From Antedon mediterranea (Eukaryota > Animalia > Echinodermata), in the NCBI RefSeq assembly GCF_964355755.1, contig NC_092679.1, forward strand, positions 22,551,432 to 22,615,431: a stretch of DNA of 64,000 bases, in the 5' to 3' direction. Shown here piece after piece: positions 1 through 13,719 of the stretch (positions are counted from its first letter, which is position 1; every line of letters begins with the position of its first letter). The notes beneath the pieces are model-generated. The model did not search any database and was not told the origin of the DNA. It saw nothing but the letters and a program-made list of their open reading frames with translations. The position numbers and the translations under genes are program-made.

Positions 1-594
1 AGATCAAATAATTATATATATTCATACTAATATGTATATATATTTATATAAGTAAAACTTAAAAAAAAGAGATAAGGGAAAGGGAAGAAAAGAAGAAGAA
101 AAGAGAGAAAGAAAAGTGAAAGAAGAAGTAAGGAAAAAAAAAATAATAATAATAATAATAATAATTGATAATAATAATTATAAATAAATAAGGGAGTCAG
201 TTTCTCTCTGTAAAAGAATAACTAAATAGAATAATAATACACAACCAAATACAGTAGAGCTAGCAAAACAGAGTTGGAGGAGCAGAGTCTTCACATATGA
301 AGTTGGCTCCTAATACGAAGAAGAAGAAGAAGAAAGCAAGCCAGGAACACCTGTATGTAGTGTCATTTTCAACAGCGGAAGCAATGATAAATAGGTTAAA
401 CTATAGCCTAGCTTGAGACTTTTTATGTAAAAATCCTGGCTACAGGTTTGTTGATAGGCGTTAGTTTAAATCCTGTTGACTTTGTTCAGCAAGGTGACCC
501 ACTCACCTATGCATATACAAAAAGTATTAAGTACTATTAACAAACAATCTGACATGGCCTTTTGTTTATTTCTATTCGTGTATTTCCCTTGTAG

Positions 595-1944
595 AGCTGC
601 AATACCTAAATGTATAACTGAAGAGTTCTGTAAAAATATTCCTGGTGCAATATTTACTACAAATCCATGCAGGTAAGTTGTTTCAAGCTTAATAGGTGTA
701 AGATACAAACGAACAATGTTAAAAAGTTCCTAGTGTAATATTTTCTTCAATCCTAAATTAGACTTCCATACAATATTTAGAATTTATCTTTGTTTTTGTA
801 GGATTCAGTATTGCACGCAGGAGATGATTATTTTCCGTGAGAATATCGTCACTAAAATGTGTCGGAACTGTGTCCGTTTTCCAGAAGCGGGATCAGATAT
901 ACCAAATCACGTAAGGAAATAAATATTTTGTAGGATATGAAAAACCCAAAGATGTTATAAATGAAAACTAGATAGACAACTCCACAATAGAATCCAAGTT
1001 AAAAATGTGTCCAACCCATGAAACCTTACATTTATATTGTCAGTTATGTTATTGTATACACAATGTAAAATATCAGAATTTATGAAAGCATAACCAAACA
1101 AGAAAGGGGGCTATACATCAAACTATAGAGAGCACTATTAAAACAATCTTATGCATCCGCATTTATAGTCAACAATGCTAGAATATGTGTTGAGAAGACT
1201 TATCTTTTGCCTGTTATGCCATATTTAGAACCTAAATAATAAATTTACATTAGCCCACTGGTCCGCTGCGGAGTACTACTCCTGCGTCCAGTAATGATGT
1301 CATAGTACGTCTGCATCCAGGTCTGACTGTAATGCTATCCATGTTTTTATTTACAGTTTGTGAAGACTGTGATATCACAGAGCCATCTTTGTCCCCTCCC
1401 TCTTCATGTGGCACCCATATACTGGAGTTATGATTCGGCCCTGCGCCTTTATCCCCTTCCTGATCTGGTTGTGTTTGGTGATAAATGTGATCCCTTCACC
1501 AAAACCAACACAAACTGCATATGTGTCAACACTGTAAGTTTGAATTCTTATATTTTAAAAGCTTTAATAATAATTTTTCTACAAAATAATTTAACGTTAA
1601 ATATTTCACAATATTTCAAGAGGGTGACCCAGCTAGTTTTAGCTGATTTCTTGAGGTCCTCAAAACAAAAGTGAAGTTGTCATTCTCAGCAATCTATTAT
1701 TTCACCTCCTATTGCCATTTTTTGTACATTTTATATTGGGTTTTTTTCTGACAATAACAGTAAAATATAATATATGAAAAGTAAAGATGGAATATAGTAA
1801 AATAGATATATCCAAATCTATGCAAAATCATTTAATTTAACTTTTTACATTTTTTTTCAGGGTTCTTTCTCAAATGGTGGCTACTGTTTTAAAGTCTACT
1901 ACCCAAAAACAAAAGAAGTTGAAGACAGTAAAATTGATGAGTAA
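595..1944 (+). CDS. POLE2: DNA polymerase epsilon subunit 2, last four coding exons (5' part outside window)
   Basis: GT-AG exons 595-672, 802-910, 1357-1533, 1861-1944 join in frame: [30 protein letters not shown]...[37 protein letters not shown]...[27 protein letters not shown], matching the POLE2/Dpb2 C-terminus. Confidence 0.96.
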
Positions 1945-3628
1945 ACAAATATATATTAGGCTTGAATGAAAAAATATATATCTGCAACCCAGGAACTATG
2001 ACTGTATAGACAATTGCCAAATGTTTTATTGTGAACAGTTTCTATTCAATATATATTTAATTTTTTGTAACATTTTTAAATAAAGTTCTTTAAAACAGTG
2101 TATAATAAAATGTGAATATAAAGTGAATATAAAGTGTTATATGTATTTTAGTATTTTTTTCAGTACTACATTTAATTTGCATATTCAAAGAGAATTCCCT
2201 TCAATTAAAGACCACTTAGAGAGTGTTTTAATGAAAGAGAATTATAGATATTATGACTATGGATTAACGTTCCACTGTCTTAACCACTCACTCATCATGG
2301 TTTAATGGTAGGTAGGTTTTGATATCAAAACTGACGTGTTATATCTATAGGTGGTAGGTGGATCAAATACTGAACATTACTGTAACAACTTAAATAGAAA
2401 CACAACATATGTTAGTGATCTTCGGAGTTCATTCAACCAATAAAATACACAATACACATCAAATTTATGAATATATTTATTGTAGAAATATAATTTTTAA
2501 TTGTAAACACATAAAACATTCATATATTATATAACACATTAATTAATAAGAAAATATATATTTGATTTCATTAATTATACCTACCACCATTATTAGAAAT
2601 ATGTAATTAATAATTTTATAATAGGTTACAATGAACAGGTAAGGGTACACCATATGAAAATATATTTGATTTAAACTTATCTCACAGTATTATAGTTTGA
2701 AAATACATGACATCAATTAGTTAGGATCAGAAAAAAGAAATTAGTAATAAAATATATTCTCCCATTTGTTTACCGTTTTATTTTGCAACAGTCCCACAAT
2801 TATTACGGTTTTAACAGGCAGTATGAGGTAAAAATAGTATTATGTAGAAAATCTGAAAACATTAAAACACTTTTCACTTATAAAATTGTTGATAAATGTT
2901 ATCAATAAAATATTTTGTTTCTCAATATACACCATAATACAATAAAAACGGGATGGAATTAATATAATTGTAATATTACAATAATTGTTGCGTTACATAA
3001 TACGTTTATTTACATACTTTTTTCAGTCAATTACTGAAATTATTGAAAAATATCAACTTACAGAATAAAAATATGCTTTTCAGAAATCATTATTGAAAGA
3101 TAACATATTTCAATATAAAAGACTAATTACTACATAAAAACAAACATTTTGAAATAGTTCATTAAACTGTTGAAAAAATTAATTTAAAAAATTGATTAAA
3201 AATGTATGATAATCAAGGATTATTAAATTTTAAAATACAGTTAAAAACTAGGTAAAAATATGAGTGGTTTACTATTGGTCACTTTTTTAACCTGATAATT
3301 CTAGAGTGACCTATGCATTATTATATTATCCACATCAAACTTAACGTCACTTAAAAGTACTTTAATTTTCAAGGCACACTGAACTGTTCCCTAATTGTCT
3401 ATGCATCATGGAATGTCTACATTTAAAATATTGATAAAAATAGTCAATGTACAAGGTTATAGGTTATAGGTTATAGGTTACCTATTCTAAAATGCATTAT
3501 TATATTATTATATTAATATAAGTATTACTATTTTCAAGGCATGCATACTTGACTAATTGATAAAATAAACTAGTTAAAACATTGGTCATTTCCTAATGGT
3601 CAAGAACCTAAATAAATTCTAGTGTTAC

Positions 3629-6600
3629 TTAGGCATCGGCCTCGTTATCGACACCAAACGTGACGTCACTTATGTGAAGGGGGTTCGCGAATCCTCTTCC
3701 GTCGTCGTCGATTGTGGCAGGTTCCGAATCATCCAGATCATCTGGAAGAGGATTGGTGAAGGCTTTGACACCATCTTCTTCAGCCGGAGCAGTCTTCTTC
3801 ATCATTTTGTCTGGCATATCATCCGGTAATGGGTTTGAGAAGGCTAACATATCCTGGCGACGCTCTTCCGTTGGTGATAAACTCGAGAATGATGTGTCGT
3901 CGCTGAGAGTTGGAAAAGGTCGCGATGGGTCCATGTAGAAATTTTCCTTTAGAATAAAGACAATTGATTTAAAATGAATGTACTGTAATATAATAATAAA
4001 GATCAGATTTGAAAATGGATTTTTGCAGTGAGTCTATTGCACATATATATAGAAGATTACTACTTATGATGAATTTAGCATAGGAGGTAGTAATATAATA
4101 TTAATATCCAACAAATTGTCTTAAACCTTTTATAAAAGTATTCCTAGGTCTTACCTTTGTTGGACTGTCATACATAGGGTTGTCAAAGCCTTGCGTCGGA
4201 CGGCCTGGATCCCTCATGAAATCAACCACTGCAATTCCTGGTGCCATCTCGATGTTTGCATCTAATGGGTCATCTTTCTGAAACCAACTTCTGCTGAAAG
4301 GTCTGTAAACAAAATATAAAATATGAAACTAAATCAAATAACATTTACAGTGTGAATTACCCATACAGTTTTAACCAGTCAAATGTCTGGTTTAAACCAG
4401 TCATATCTAGTTTAAACCAGTCATATATCTAGTTTAAACCAGTCATACATCTAGTTTAAACCAGTCATACATCTAGTCTAAACAAATACTTGTATTATGC
4501 TATACCTTGTTTTGACAAACAAATAACTAAGCACAATCGTAACAACCAAAGCAATGAGGACAGCAATCACGATACCAGTAACAGCTCCTGCACCCAGATC
4601 TAAAAAAAAAATCATAACAAATTACCAGAATTATTTAATCATTAAATATTACTGTAAACATAATTATTGATAAAACAAGTTAATTTTAGCATAAATCATA
4701 CTATCAATCTCTCTTTTATCCTTGAACACTGTAACATATAAACGTTTACCATGTCAACTGCAATAGTCCTATGCTTTTAAAAAGTTAACATTATGTACAA
4801 AAAGATAGAGCCTCTTACTTTCTTGTTGGCTGTAGTCCTTCCCATCTGACGTCATTGACAGAGATATATTTAGCAAGCCATACTTGTTGTCTGAAAAACG
4901 AGACGAAATATTAGATACTAAGCGAAAAAGTAGTCAAACCATTTTGATAAAAAAGACAACATCTGAATTAATACCATTGGTGATGGGGGAACACAACACT
5001 TTTACACAAACACACCCCTATCCCTCCCCCTCCTCGTCCCCCCACTGCCACAAAATAAACCTTTACCCCAACACCCATAATTATAAAACACCTCAACTCC
5101 CAATTCAACTCGGGCACATTCTCACTCAGTCACATGCAAACCGTCTTCTCTTCACACTACTCTCTTTAAATGCAACCTACTTTGTGAGAGAGCATCATTA
5201 ATTTCCGCAGCTTTATCAGAGGCAGCTTGTCCGTTATTTGTGCCAGGGACGTTATCGGTTAACACCATTTGAATTTTATTGCCAGTTACTTTTGATATGT
5301 ACAAGTACACTTCAGCGTCTGTTTCTCTCTTTTTTCTATCCTATACAAATAAATACAAAAATAATGGTTAGGTTTTTTTAATTTGATGTATTTTTCCTAA
5401 TGATATCGTATTTTGATATTTGGGATTTCCACATTTCTTGTATTCTTGAGCAAAACACTTGCATTGCCTCATCCTTCAGATAGGATGTAAAGCTATTGGT
5501 GCTGTGTAAATTTGCACAAAAAAGAACACTATTTTAAAAAACAGGGGATCATCTCTCAGTTTGCTCAAACTTCTTTCTAAAAATCTTTCTACACTATCAA
5601 ACTAGTTTGACAAACAAAAATTGTGATGTGCCCAAATATGGTAGTGATACATCTAAATATACTGTAGTAATCATATGACATCATCATGTCCATATATGGG
5701 CACATCACATTTTTTTGTCACATTGTATTAGTAGTTTGTGTAGTACAGTAGGTTGTGCCTCTGGCCCATCATATAATAAAAAGTGTTAACAATTTTCAGT
5801 CTTGCGGATCATAGTAAGCGGCAGCACTATGACTACCATGGGTCTCAGACAACCTAATCTGAATTCTGTCAGTTTCCAGTGAACTGAGTAAGATTGCCAA
5901 TTATATTTTATATAATAGTAGCCATACGTACTCTAGTTCCCATGAATTCCACGGATGAATACGCGTCGTACATATCTTGCTCAAATACTTTCATATTAAA
6001 TTTGTTTGAATCATAATTCATGCTTAATATTGCTCCTGTAATTAATAACAGACAATTATATTAGTGTATCATAGTAATAATAATTTAGTGCCTTGAACCT
6101 ACAAGAGTTGCGTAAGATCAGGGGTTCCTCAGGGGTCTGTGCTTGGACCCCTGTTATTTAATATATATGTTAATGATCTACATATGCACCTACATGCAAA
6201 ACCATATCAATATGCAGACGACACTTGCATTGCTAAATGTATAATGACGGAGGAAGATAGTTTATCTCTGCAACAGGACATTGACACGATCTCCTGGTGG
6301 TCAGCACTTAATTCACTTTCCCTTAACCCTAATAAATGTCAAGTGCTGTCATTGTCCAGAAAACGAGATCCCGTTGTTCCATCTTACAATCTAAATGGAC
6401 ATGAACTCATGAACGTTAATGACATTACGTTACTTGGTGTGGTAATATCCCATAATTTGTCATGGGCACATCAGGTAGATAATGTAACTTTGAAATGCAA
6501 TAGGATGTTAGGTTTTATACGGTCAATTGCCACAGGTTGTTCTACACCTGTTTTACTTAAACTTTATAAATGTCTTGTTCTTCCCCATATTCAATATTGC

Positions 6601-9600
6601 TCCCCTGTTTGGTATCCTTATCGTCAATGTCATATTAATAAGATAGAGAAAATTCAAAGAAGGGCAAGTCGATTTATCCTTCATCAACGAATCTTAGATC
6701 AGCCATATTCTGACCAATTAACTAGATTGAATTTGATGACAGCCGAATCAAATCGAGATTATTTTACCGTTATTTTTGTTACAAATATATTATATAAATT
6801 ACAGAATAGTTTTATTTTAAATATGTTGATTATCAATTGTAGGCATTTGGATGTTCTGACTTTTAAACATCTTGCATCCAAAACTGATAGTGGAAAGTAT
6901 TGTATCCCAACCAGATTTATTCGTCTGTGGAATGCACTACCGGTCAATATTACAGACGCCTTTGTTTGCGGAAGTTGGGTACAATTTAAAAACATGTTAA
7001 TGGACCACTTTAAAAACACTATTGCCTCTTTAATGTATATAATCATAGTATTTATATTACTTATTTACATTGTTTTATGTTTTATTGTATGCTTTGAGTG
7101 CTGGTGTGGCACGCCTTATGGCGACAGTGGTCCTTCGACCTCTTTTGCCACTCCTTGGCACACTCAAAGTCTATGTATTGTTTTAATTGCTAAAATTAAT
7201 AAAATAAAATAAAATAAAATACTCATTGCCATATAAGGCAATGCATCAAAGTTGTTTATAAATGCCAGGGTTTGTAAGACCGTGCTTTTTGAGGTGTAAT
7301 ATTTAAATTATTAACTTTTGTTTAATTCTGGATGATTCTTGATTCTTTGATTTTTGATTTGATTGATTTACTTAACTGAATATCATTTTGAAAAAAATAA
7401 AAGTTTTAAAAAGTTGGAAAACTCCAAAAAGGAGAAACCAACTATTAAAAAAAAATTTGCTTAAAGCTATATAAAGTTAAAACCAACCAAAGTTTACCAA
7501 CTTACCACACATATTACAACAGCCTCCTTTCGCAAGTAAAGATCGTTGACATGCAATGTTAGGACACGTATAGAGATTACAAATCTTCTGTTTGAGGGCA
7601 GTCTTATCATTACCGCAAACACACCCTGTAATATCTTCGCATTCTGTCTTCTGGGTCAACTCAATTGATGCTGCATTGTAACGCTGAAACTGCGATAACC
7701 CGGCGACGGTCTCCAAAAAATTACTAAGGCTACTCGTTGTGTATGTCTATTAAATAATTAGATGGAACGTTATTAAATATAGTATAAAATATATAAAGTC
7801 ACACTCCTGATTTAATTTTGATTTATTTTGATACCAAACAAGAACATAAACAGATAAAACAGAAACAAAGTCCAATCGTTTTGTATGGCACCAGGGATAG
7901 CCCACTAAATTCCCAAAAGGGAATTTACATCATGAGGGGTCCCCTCAAACATAAAAACAAATAACGCCTTCTGACAAAGACACATATTTTAAAAACTTAG
8001 ATAAAAATTAATAAAAAAATACTACTGCACATTCTTCCTGAGGAAACGTCTTAACATCAAAAGGATGTATAAAGGATTTTTTATACAAAATATGGCCTGT
8101 TTCTACTGAAAACTCACGACAAAAGTTGTTTACACAGGCCTAAAGAATTCTGTGGGGCCGTAGCCACCAATACAGTTGGTAAAGTTTTAACCTGACCACT
8201 TTTTGACAGAGGCCTTTGAGAACCCAATGGCTTAGGGAATGTTAGAGATTTCTTGCGCAAACCACTTTATTTCTCGTGGCTACATCACTGTTCTGTGCAT
8301 CCTGGGTTTGACAACACAATTCCGGCTATAGGCCTACAACTGTTCTACTACACACAGCAAAAAAAACATTTGGGGTGACCCAAAGAAAGGGTTCTACCAA
8401 TGTAAAATGTTTATACCTCATATCCAATTTTCATAGTTGCGATAGACACGCTCTGGTCAAGTTCAGCGTGAAACACGCTTTTGGGTGAGAACGCCACCTG
8501 GTCATGTGTGCACGGAACAAGCTCCGTCTCAACATTTACAACCAAATCTTCATCTTTCCAATTTGTAGGATTGAACCATTTTTTCGTGTCATTCCGGATG
8601 AAGGTAATATCTGAAATAAATTAGAAAAGATGAAAATAACAGAAAAGATGTATAAAATAGAATGAGCATATATTGTCAACGTAAAGATTCGTTGAATACT
8701 TTTTGTATTCGAATTGTAAATTTGTGCTCAACAGAAAGTCATTCGAATAGAAAACGTTGACAAGGAAAGCTTTTTCGTTAAGAACAATCTCAACGCTCAA
8801 AATACTCCGTTAAAGAAGTACTCAACGGAAAAACTACTCAACGGTACTCGAATACGACAATTGTTCTTAAAAATAGCACAGAAACATTTATGCATTGAAT
8901 TGCATTATACAATTACAAATACTATTTTTTATCTTTCAAATTTGTAGTTAAATTAAATTTTTTTTAAATTTTATTCTGAATACTGTACAAATACATATTA
9001 CAAAATTGCAGATTTTTTATAAAAGTTTTAAATAAAATTATATTTTTTTTAAAATACATAATCAGTTTAAATTACGATTTAAATTATAAAATAATGCTTA
9101 AAAATTAGATTTATAAATAAAATTGGTAAATAATACTTCTACAACCAAACATATAAATAATATTCAATTTTCAATTATTAATATTAACCAGTGGAATTAT
9201 ACATACATGTGTAAATGTGTAAAGCATATGTCATAATGTAGACTACTGGATACTGTAAATACAGTATTTTTTAAGCTAGATCATGTATACATCATCAGTA
9301 CACTGTACTGTACACACTTAGATTAAGTACAATATGTTATAGTATTTAATTTTAAGTACAATATGTTATAGTATTTAATTTCTACAGGATTATAACAGGA
9401 TTTTCAAGAATTAAATATATATTGACTTGTCTGGTATTGCAATAATTTAAACTTATCATATAACCAAAGTTACAATGAAAAAATGGTTTCTTTTAATGGT
9501 TCCAGCCAGTAGCCTGTTTGAGCCAGTTGGAAATTCTTATGTGACAACAAAATGTATTATGCCATGGACCTATCACACTTTTTTGTCAAACTAGTTTTAT

Positions 9601-12600
9601 AGTGTAGACAGAAATAGCACATGTAGCTGAATGATGAGCTAAAGCAAATGTACATGCTATTGTCTGCTTATTTGATGCTTTATTAATGCTATTTAAGCAT
9701 TTCAAATATATAGCTAATCATTAGCTACATTATGCTAAATTGCAAAGTATTGTATAGCATTTGGTTAAGCTACACTGGCATTTTTCCCTGAGAGAACCTC
9801 AATATCAATGCAATAAACAATATAAAAAAAAAAAAAAGCGTAAGGCTACCTTCTCCTGCACATTCCAAATCGACTGCAGGGTCGCTAGCAAAATTAAGCT
9901 GAACGTTTTCGCCAAAAACAATATCAGAATTCATTGGTAAAATCATTTCCTTAAGAGTGGCATTGGTTTGAAAATATGCTGTCCAGGTCTAGGAAAAGAA
10001 AAATGGTTTTTATTACATTTTTTACCTTTAATTGACAGTTGTTTTTATTTTTAAATTGTGGATAGTATAATAGAACAATAGACATACTCCATTCAATCAA
10101 AAATTCTCTTTCTTGACAAGATATTAAAATTAATTTAAAACAGTTAAGTAAACATTTAAAATACTTGCAATATACAGTTGCCTTTGAATTTTACTTTGGT
10201 TTTAGTTGATACTGGTGCTATACAAATACCTAAATTAATATTATTATTACATTACCATAAAATAAACAAAATATTACAACATTTTTATACAGAATTATCT
10301 TAAATGTTATGTATTACGTATATTGTTTAATTTTGGTGATCTAATTCTCCCAGATTCGTTGATAAAAAATTCTTTGTGTATGGGCAAGGGTGGTTTTTAA
10401 TAATTTTAGCAATAATTTCTATTGCTCTAAAAGAAGATTCAGAGAATCTAGAGCCATCGTTTAACATTTCATTGAAAGGTAAGGGGGTTGTAGGGGATGG
10501 GGGGGGGGCGGGGGGGTCGGGTCAACCTGTTTATATGCACAAAATGCTGGATGCAATTTTAAAAAACAGAGCTACCACAGCATTTCATTATAATTTTAAA
10601 TACAAAGAAAGTTTTAAACTATATGGTCGGCAAGTACCTTAAATCAGTGCTAATTTTGTGGTGGGGGGGGGGGGGGCGGAAACTGGTTATATGCACAAAA
10701 TGATGGATGCCAATAAAAAAAACAGAGCTACCACAGCATTTCATTGTAATTGTATATACAAAGAAAGTTTTAAACGATGGCCGCGAGTGCTAGTTTTATA
10801 ACTATGGGTTTGCGGTACCTCTGCCGTACCACTTGATTTGATAACTACAGGTTACGATATTTGTTTACAGCAAATGTAAACAAAGTCTAACTTTACATTG
10901 GCTTAATCTTTACTATCATACTTTTTATTACATATTTGTCTAGTGTTGGATATCATCTCTTCAAGTCATACCCTCAAAATTATAACCATCATAAAGTGAT
11001 TTATCTGTTAAATAATCTGATAAAAGTATTCTAATAATGATAGCAATTCTGCTGTAAATAAATTCATTTGTTCATCCCAATTTGCCTGTACTGCCTTAAA
11101 GATATATTGTTGTCCCCTGAAAAAATAAATAATTTTGTTGTTGAATATGCCACTTTAACCAAATATTGTATTTAAAAAAATGATTTACCTGAAAAAAGTG
11201 TTATTTAAAGCAAAAAAAAATTAGGTTTTTTGTTGAATTTAACTGTTTATATTGTTATAAGTGAAAAAAATTGTTTTTTTTTTTTAATTTATGAATTTTA
11301 ACTTGTTGTACTGCCATCGTAAATTAGGCTGGATCTTCTGGCTTGCAAGCTGTGAACTTCATTGACCCTTTAGAAGTCCCAGATGTTTTTTAAATTAAAT
11401 TGAAATATTAAGTTGACACCTCTGGGATCCAACAAAATGTCCCCTTTATAGTGGCATCTCAAAGGAGAGGTTTTCTACCATAATTTTTTTTAATGTTTTA
11501 ACTCTGTTTTATATGTAGTGTATTTTACTAGAGTACAACCCTGAATTAATACCACAAATGAAAAAACACAATTTATGTATAATAAAAAAAGTTGTCAAAA
11601 TCCTAACAAAAGATTAATTTGTCAATTAGCCTATTGGTTTCCTTTAAGAAATAATATATTCATCCATTTGACAATAACAATTAAAGACACCTTCCCTACG
11701 TTTTTTAGATCTATTTTAAGATCACAAACTATATTTAAAGACCCCTTCCCTGCAATTTTGGACGTTTTTTGGAAAATAATACATATATATCACTTTAAAA
11801 ACATTAAACCATGTCATTCCTTGTCTTAAATGTACGTTTTATGGTAAATTATGATAAAAAGTGAGAAACAATGCACTACCTAAGTAGCTCACGGTGACTG
11901 ACCTCTCGTGGACGGTCGTTAGGCCTAGCCTAGCTAGGCTTAGTTTTGTAGGCCTAGCTGGTAAACATCGGTAACGTACGAACATCGTACGCTAGCTATA
12001 TACCTAGCCTGACGTTGTATAGTTGCTGCATTAATTGTCTTTCTATTTTTGCCAGACTCCGTTGATACAAATTGGGGCAAACCCAGTATTTTCGCTGAAA
12101 AGTTAGAAATCTTCCATTTGTTTTGGCCTCGCAATCAATCGAAAAGTGGGTTAATTACAGAAGAAAAGAAGAAATATCAATCCGCGCGCAATGCATTTTG
12201 GGATTTATAGCGGGCCGCTATAATTATTAGAATCGACTTATTTTTCACATTTTTAACGATTTAAAGACGAAAAAGGTTATCGCAATAGGACCATATAGTA
12301 TTATTTTTACTTGTCTCACCTGCATTGTTATAATGAATACCATGCCTTTTATTTGTTAAATCTTTTAGTTTTTAAAGACAAGAATGCACTACTGTACTTC
12401 TCAAGAAGATCTCAAACAATTTATGAATACCGATACCATGGAGAAAATAAATAAGATCTTATTGATTTCCTTCATGATTTTCCACACGAATGAATTGGAA
12501 ATACATTTTGAAACTGGCAAAATAATAAACAGCAATAATCACATTTATTTACTAAATTAGATTAAACTAGAATTTAATTTGTAAAATATATAAATAAATA

Positions 12601-13719
12601 TCTTATTGGACTTTAAGTTCTTTATAATCCAGTTCTTTTCAACATATACAATAGAAAAATGAAGATTATTCACAAGAACCATATAAAAAAATCTATTTAA
12701 AAATTCAAATTTAATTTTTAAAATAGTGCTGAACATAATATACGTTTCTATTTTGTGTTAATGGTATTTATTTCCCAAAAATTAGGATTTGGGGGTGGGG
12801 GGGGGGGTTGATGTGAGATTGTTGTGTGGTCATGACAGGTTGCCTAAATAAGTGTTATTAAGATTCTGTAAACAAAAATTGAATATTTACAGGTTCTGGG
12901 ATTATGATTCTATCATTTGGACACGGAAGCCTCATTTTGTCCCAGTTTTCCACGGTGTCATAGTTTAAATTTGGAATCCATAGTTTTCTTGATGATCCCT
13001 GGCATGCAACTGAAAAAAAAATCAAATCAAAATATTATTACAAAATTAATTATTTTAAAACAAATTAACACTGTCACTGATGTGGTGTTTGTTTCGATGG
13101 ATTTTAAGTTGTGAAAACAATTTTTCTAATTTTTTTTCAATCATACAGTTATGTAGGCCAATCTTTTAAGAACATTTTACAGTAATTGTTTTGGGTACGA
13201 TTTTTAAATTAACATGGTGTCCGGGAATCCATGAAAACGCTATGTTATTTCTGTTGGTTACGCTCGGCTGGTCACGACAGCTTGTCATCTCCGCATGATG
13301 GCTTCCGTAGCAGGAAAATGTCAAAACTTATTTATTATTAGTTTTAAATGTTATATGATTCAAAATTATAGAGCCTTATTTATTATTCTAAACGGTGAGA
13401 ACAATTAAAATGTAACCTCCAACGTAAATAAACTTGTCCGGTTCATACTCTGATAAAAAGAGGCCGTAAAATATAAAACAGACAGAAACAGGCTACAGCA
13501 GCAATAGTTTACCAAGATACACATTCCACTGTTTGATAATCTAGGTTTCAAGGTTTGGAGGTCAACTGGAAGTTACTTTATTATCCCCTAAAATTGTTTT
13601 CCAGCTTGATTCTAACATTGAGAAAGTTTCTAGATTACAATAATATGTCAATTTCTATCGATAGTTTAAATTTGTGATCACTTACCCACAAATGACAGAT
13701 ATAAAATTAGACGTTTCAT
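3629..13719 (-). CDS. AMN: Protein amnionless (cubilin partner, type I membrane protein), 11 coding exons
   Basis: Minus-strand exons about 13719-13686, 13009-12891, 9988-9850, 8610-8417, 7746-7506, 6035-5932, 5340-5181, 4890-4819, 4599-4506, 4302-4155, 3946-3629 join in frame. Signal peptide, RKLWIPNLNYDTVENW..PCPND (human KLWVPNTDFDVAANW..PC), LVPCTHDQV, Cys-rich CEDITGCVCGN..GGCCNMCG, TM helix GAVTGIVIAVLIALVVTIVLSYLFV, cytoplasmic FDNPMY. Confidence 0.93.
4373..4483. repeat. Degenerate tandem repeat, about 22-bp unit (TTTAAACCAGTCATACATCTAG), about 5 copies
   Basis: Directly visible in an AMN intron. Confidence 0.85.
5445..5565 (+). mobile_element. Degenerate SINE body remnant
   Basis: CTTGAGCAAAACACTT...CTTCAGATAGGATGTAAAGCTATTGGT resembles central domains of metazoan tRNA-derived SINEs; recognised by eye only. 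Confidence 0.35.
6110..7220 (+). mobile_element. 5'-truncated CR1-group non-LTR retrotransposon (RT C-terminal half plus 3' tail) in AMN intron 5, antisense to AMN
   Basis: SGVPQGSVLGPLLFNIYVNDL, YADDT, LGV, LYKCLVLPHIQYCSPVWYP, IEKIQRRA and RLWNALP motifs; ends in a (TAAAA)n tail at about 7200-7220. Confidence 0.92.
7808..7950 (-). mobile_element. Possible 3' end of a LINE
   Basis: Minus strand reads as a stem-loop region followed by AATAAA and an A-rich microsatellite-like tail; no ORF recognised. Confidence 0.3.
10499..10790. repeat. Local duplication of about 160 bp, each copy starting with a poly-G tract
   Basis: G-run followed by TATATGCACAAAATG...CAGAGCTACCACAGCATTTCATT...TACAAAGAAAGTTTTAAAC occurs twice (about 10500-10620 and 10663-10775). 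Confidence 0.85.
12187..12210 (-). promoter_or_regulatory. ZNF143/Staf-type binding site in AMN intron 2
   Basis: Minus strand CTATAAATCCCAAAATGCATTGCG matches the SBS consensus YWCCCRNMATSCMYYRCR at 17 of 18 positions, in a local CpG-rich patch. Confidence 0.55.

Noticed and set aside
1250-1330. C/D snoRNA in a POLE2 intron (ATGATG...CTGA)
   Set aside because: Boxes only about 25 nt apart, no terminal stem, too close to the acceptor.
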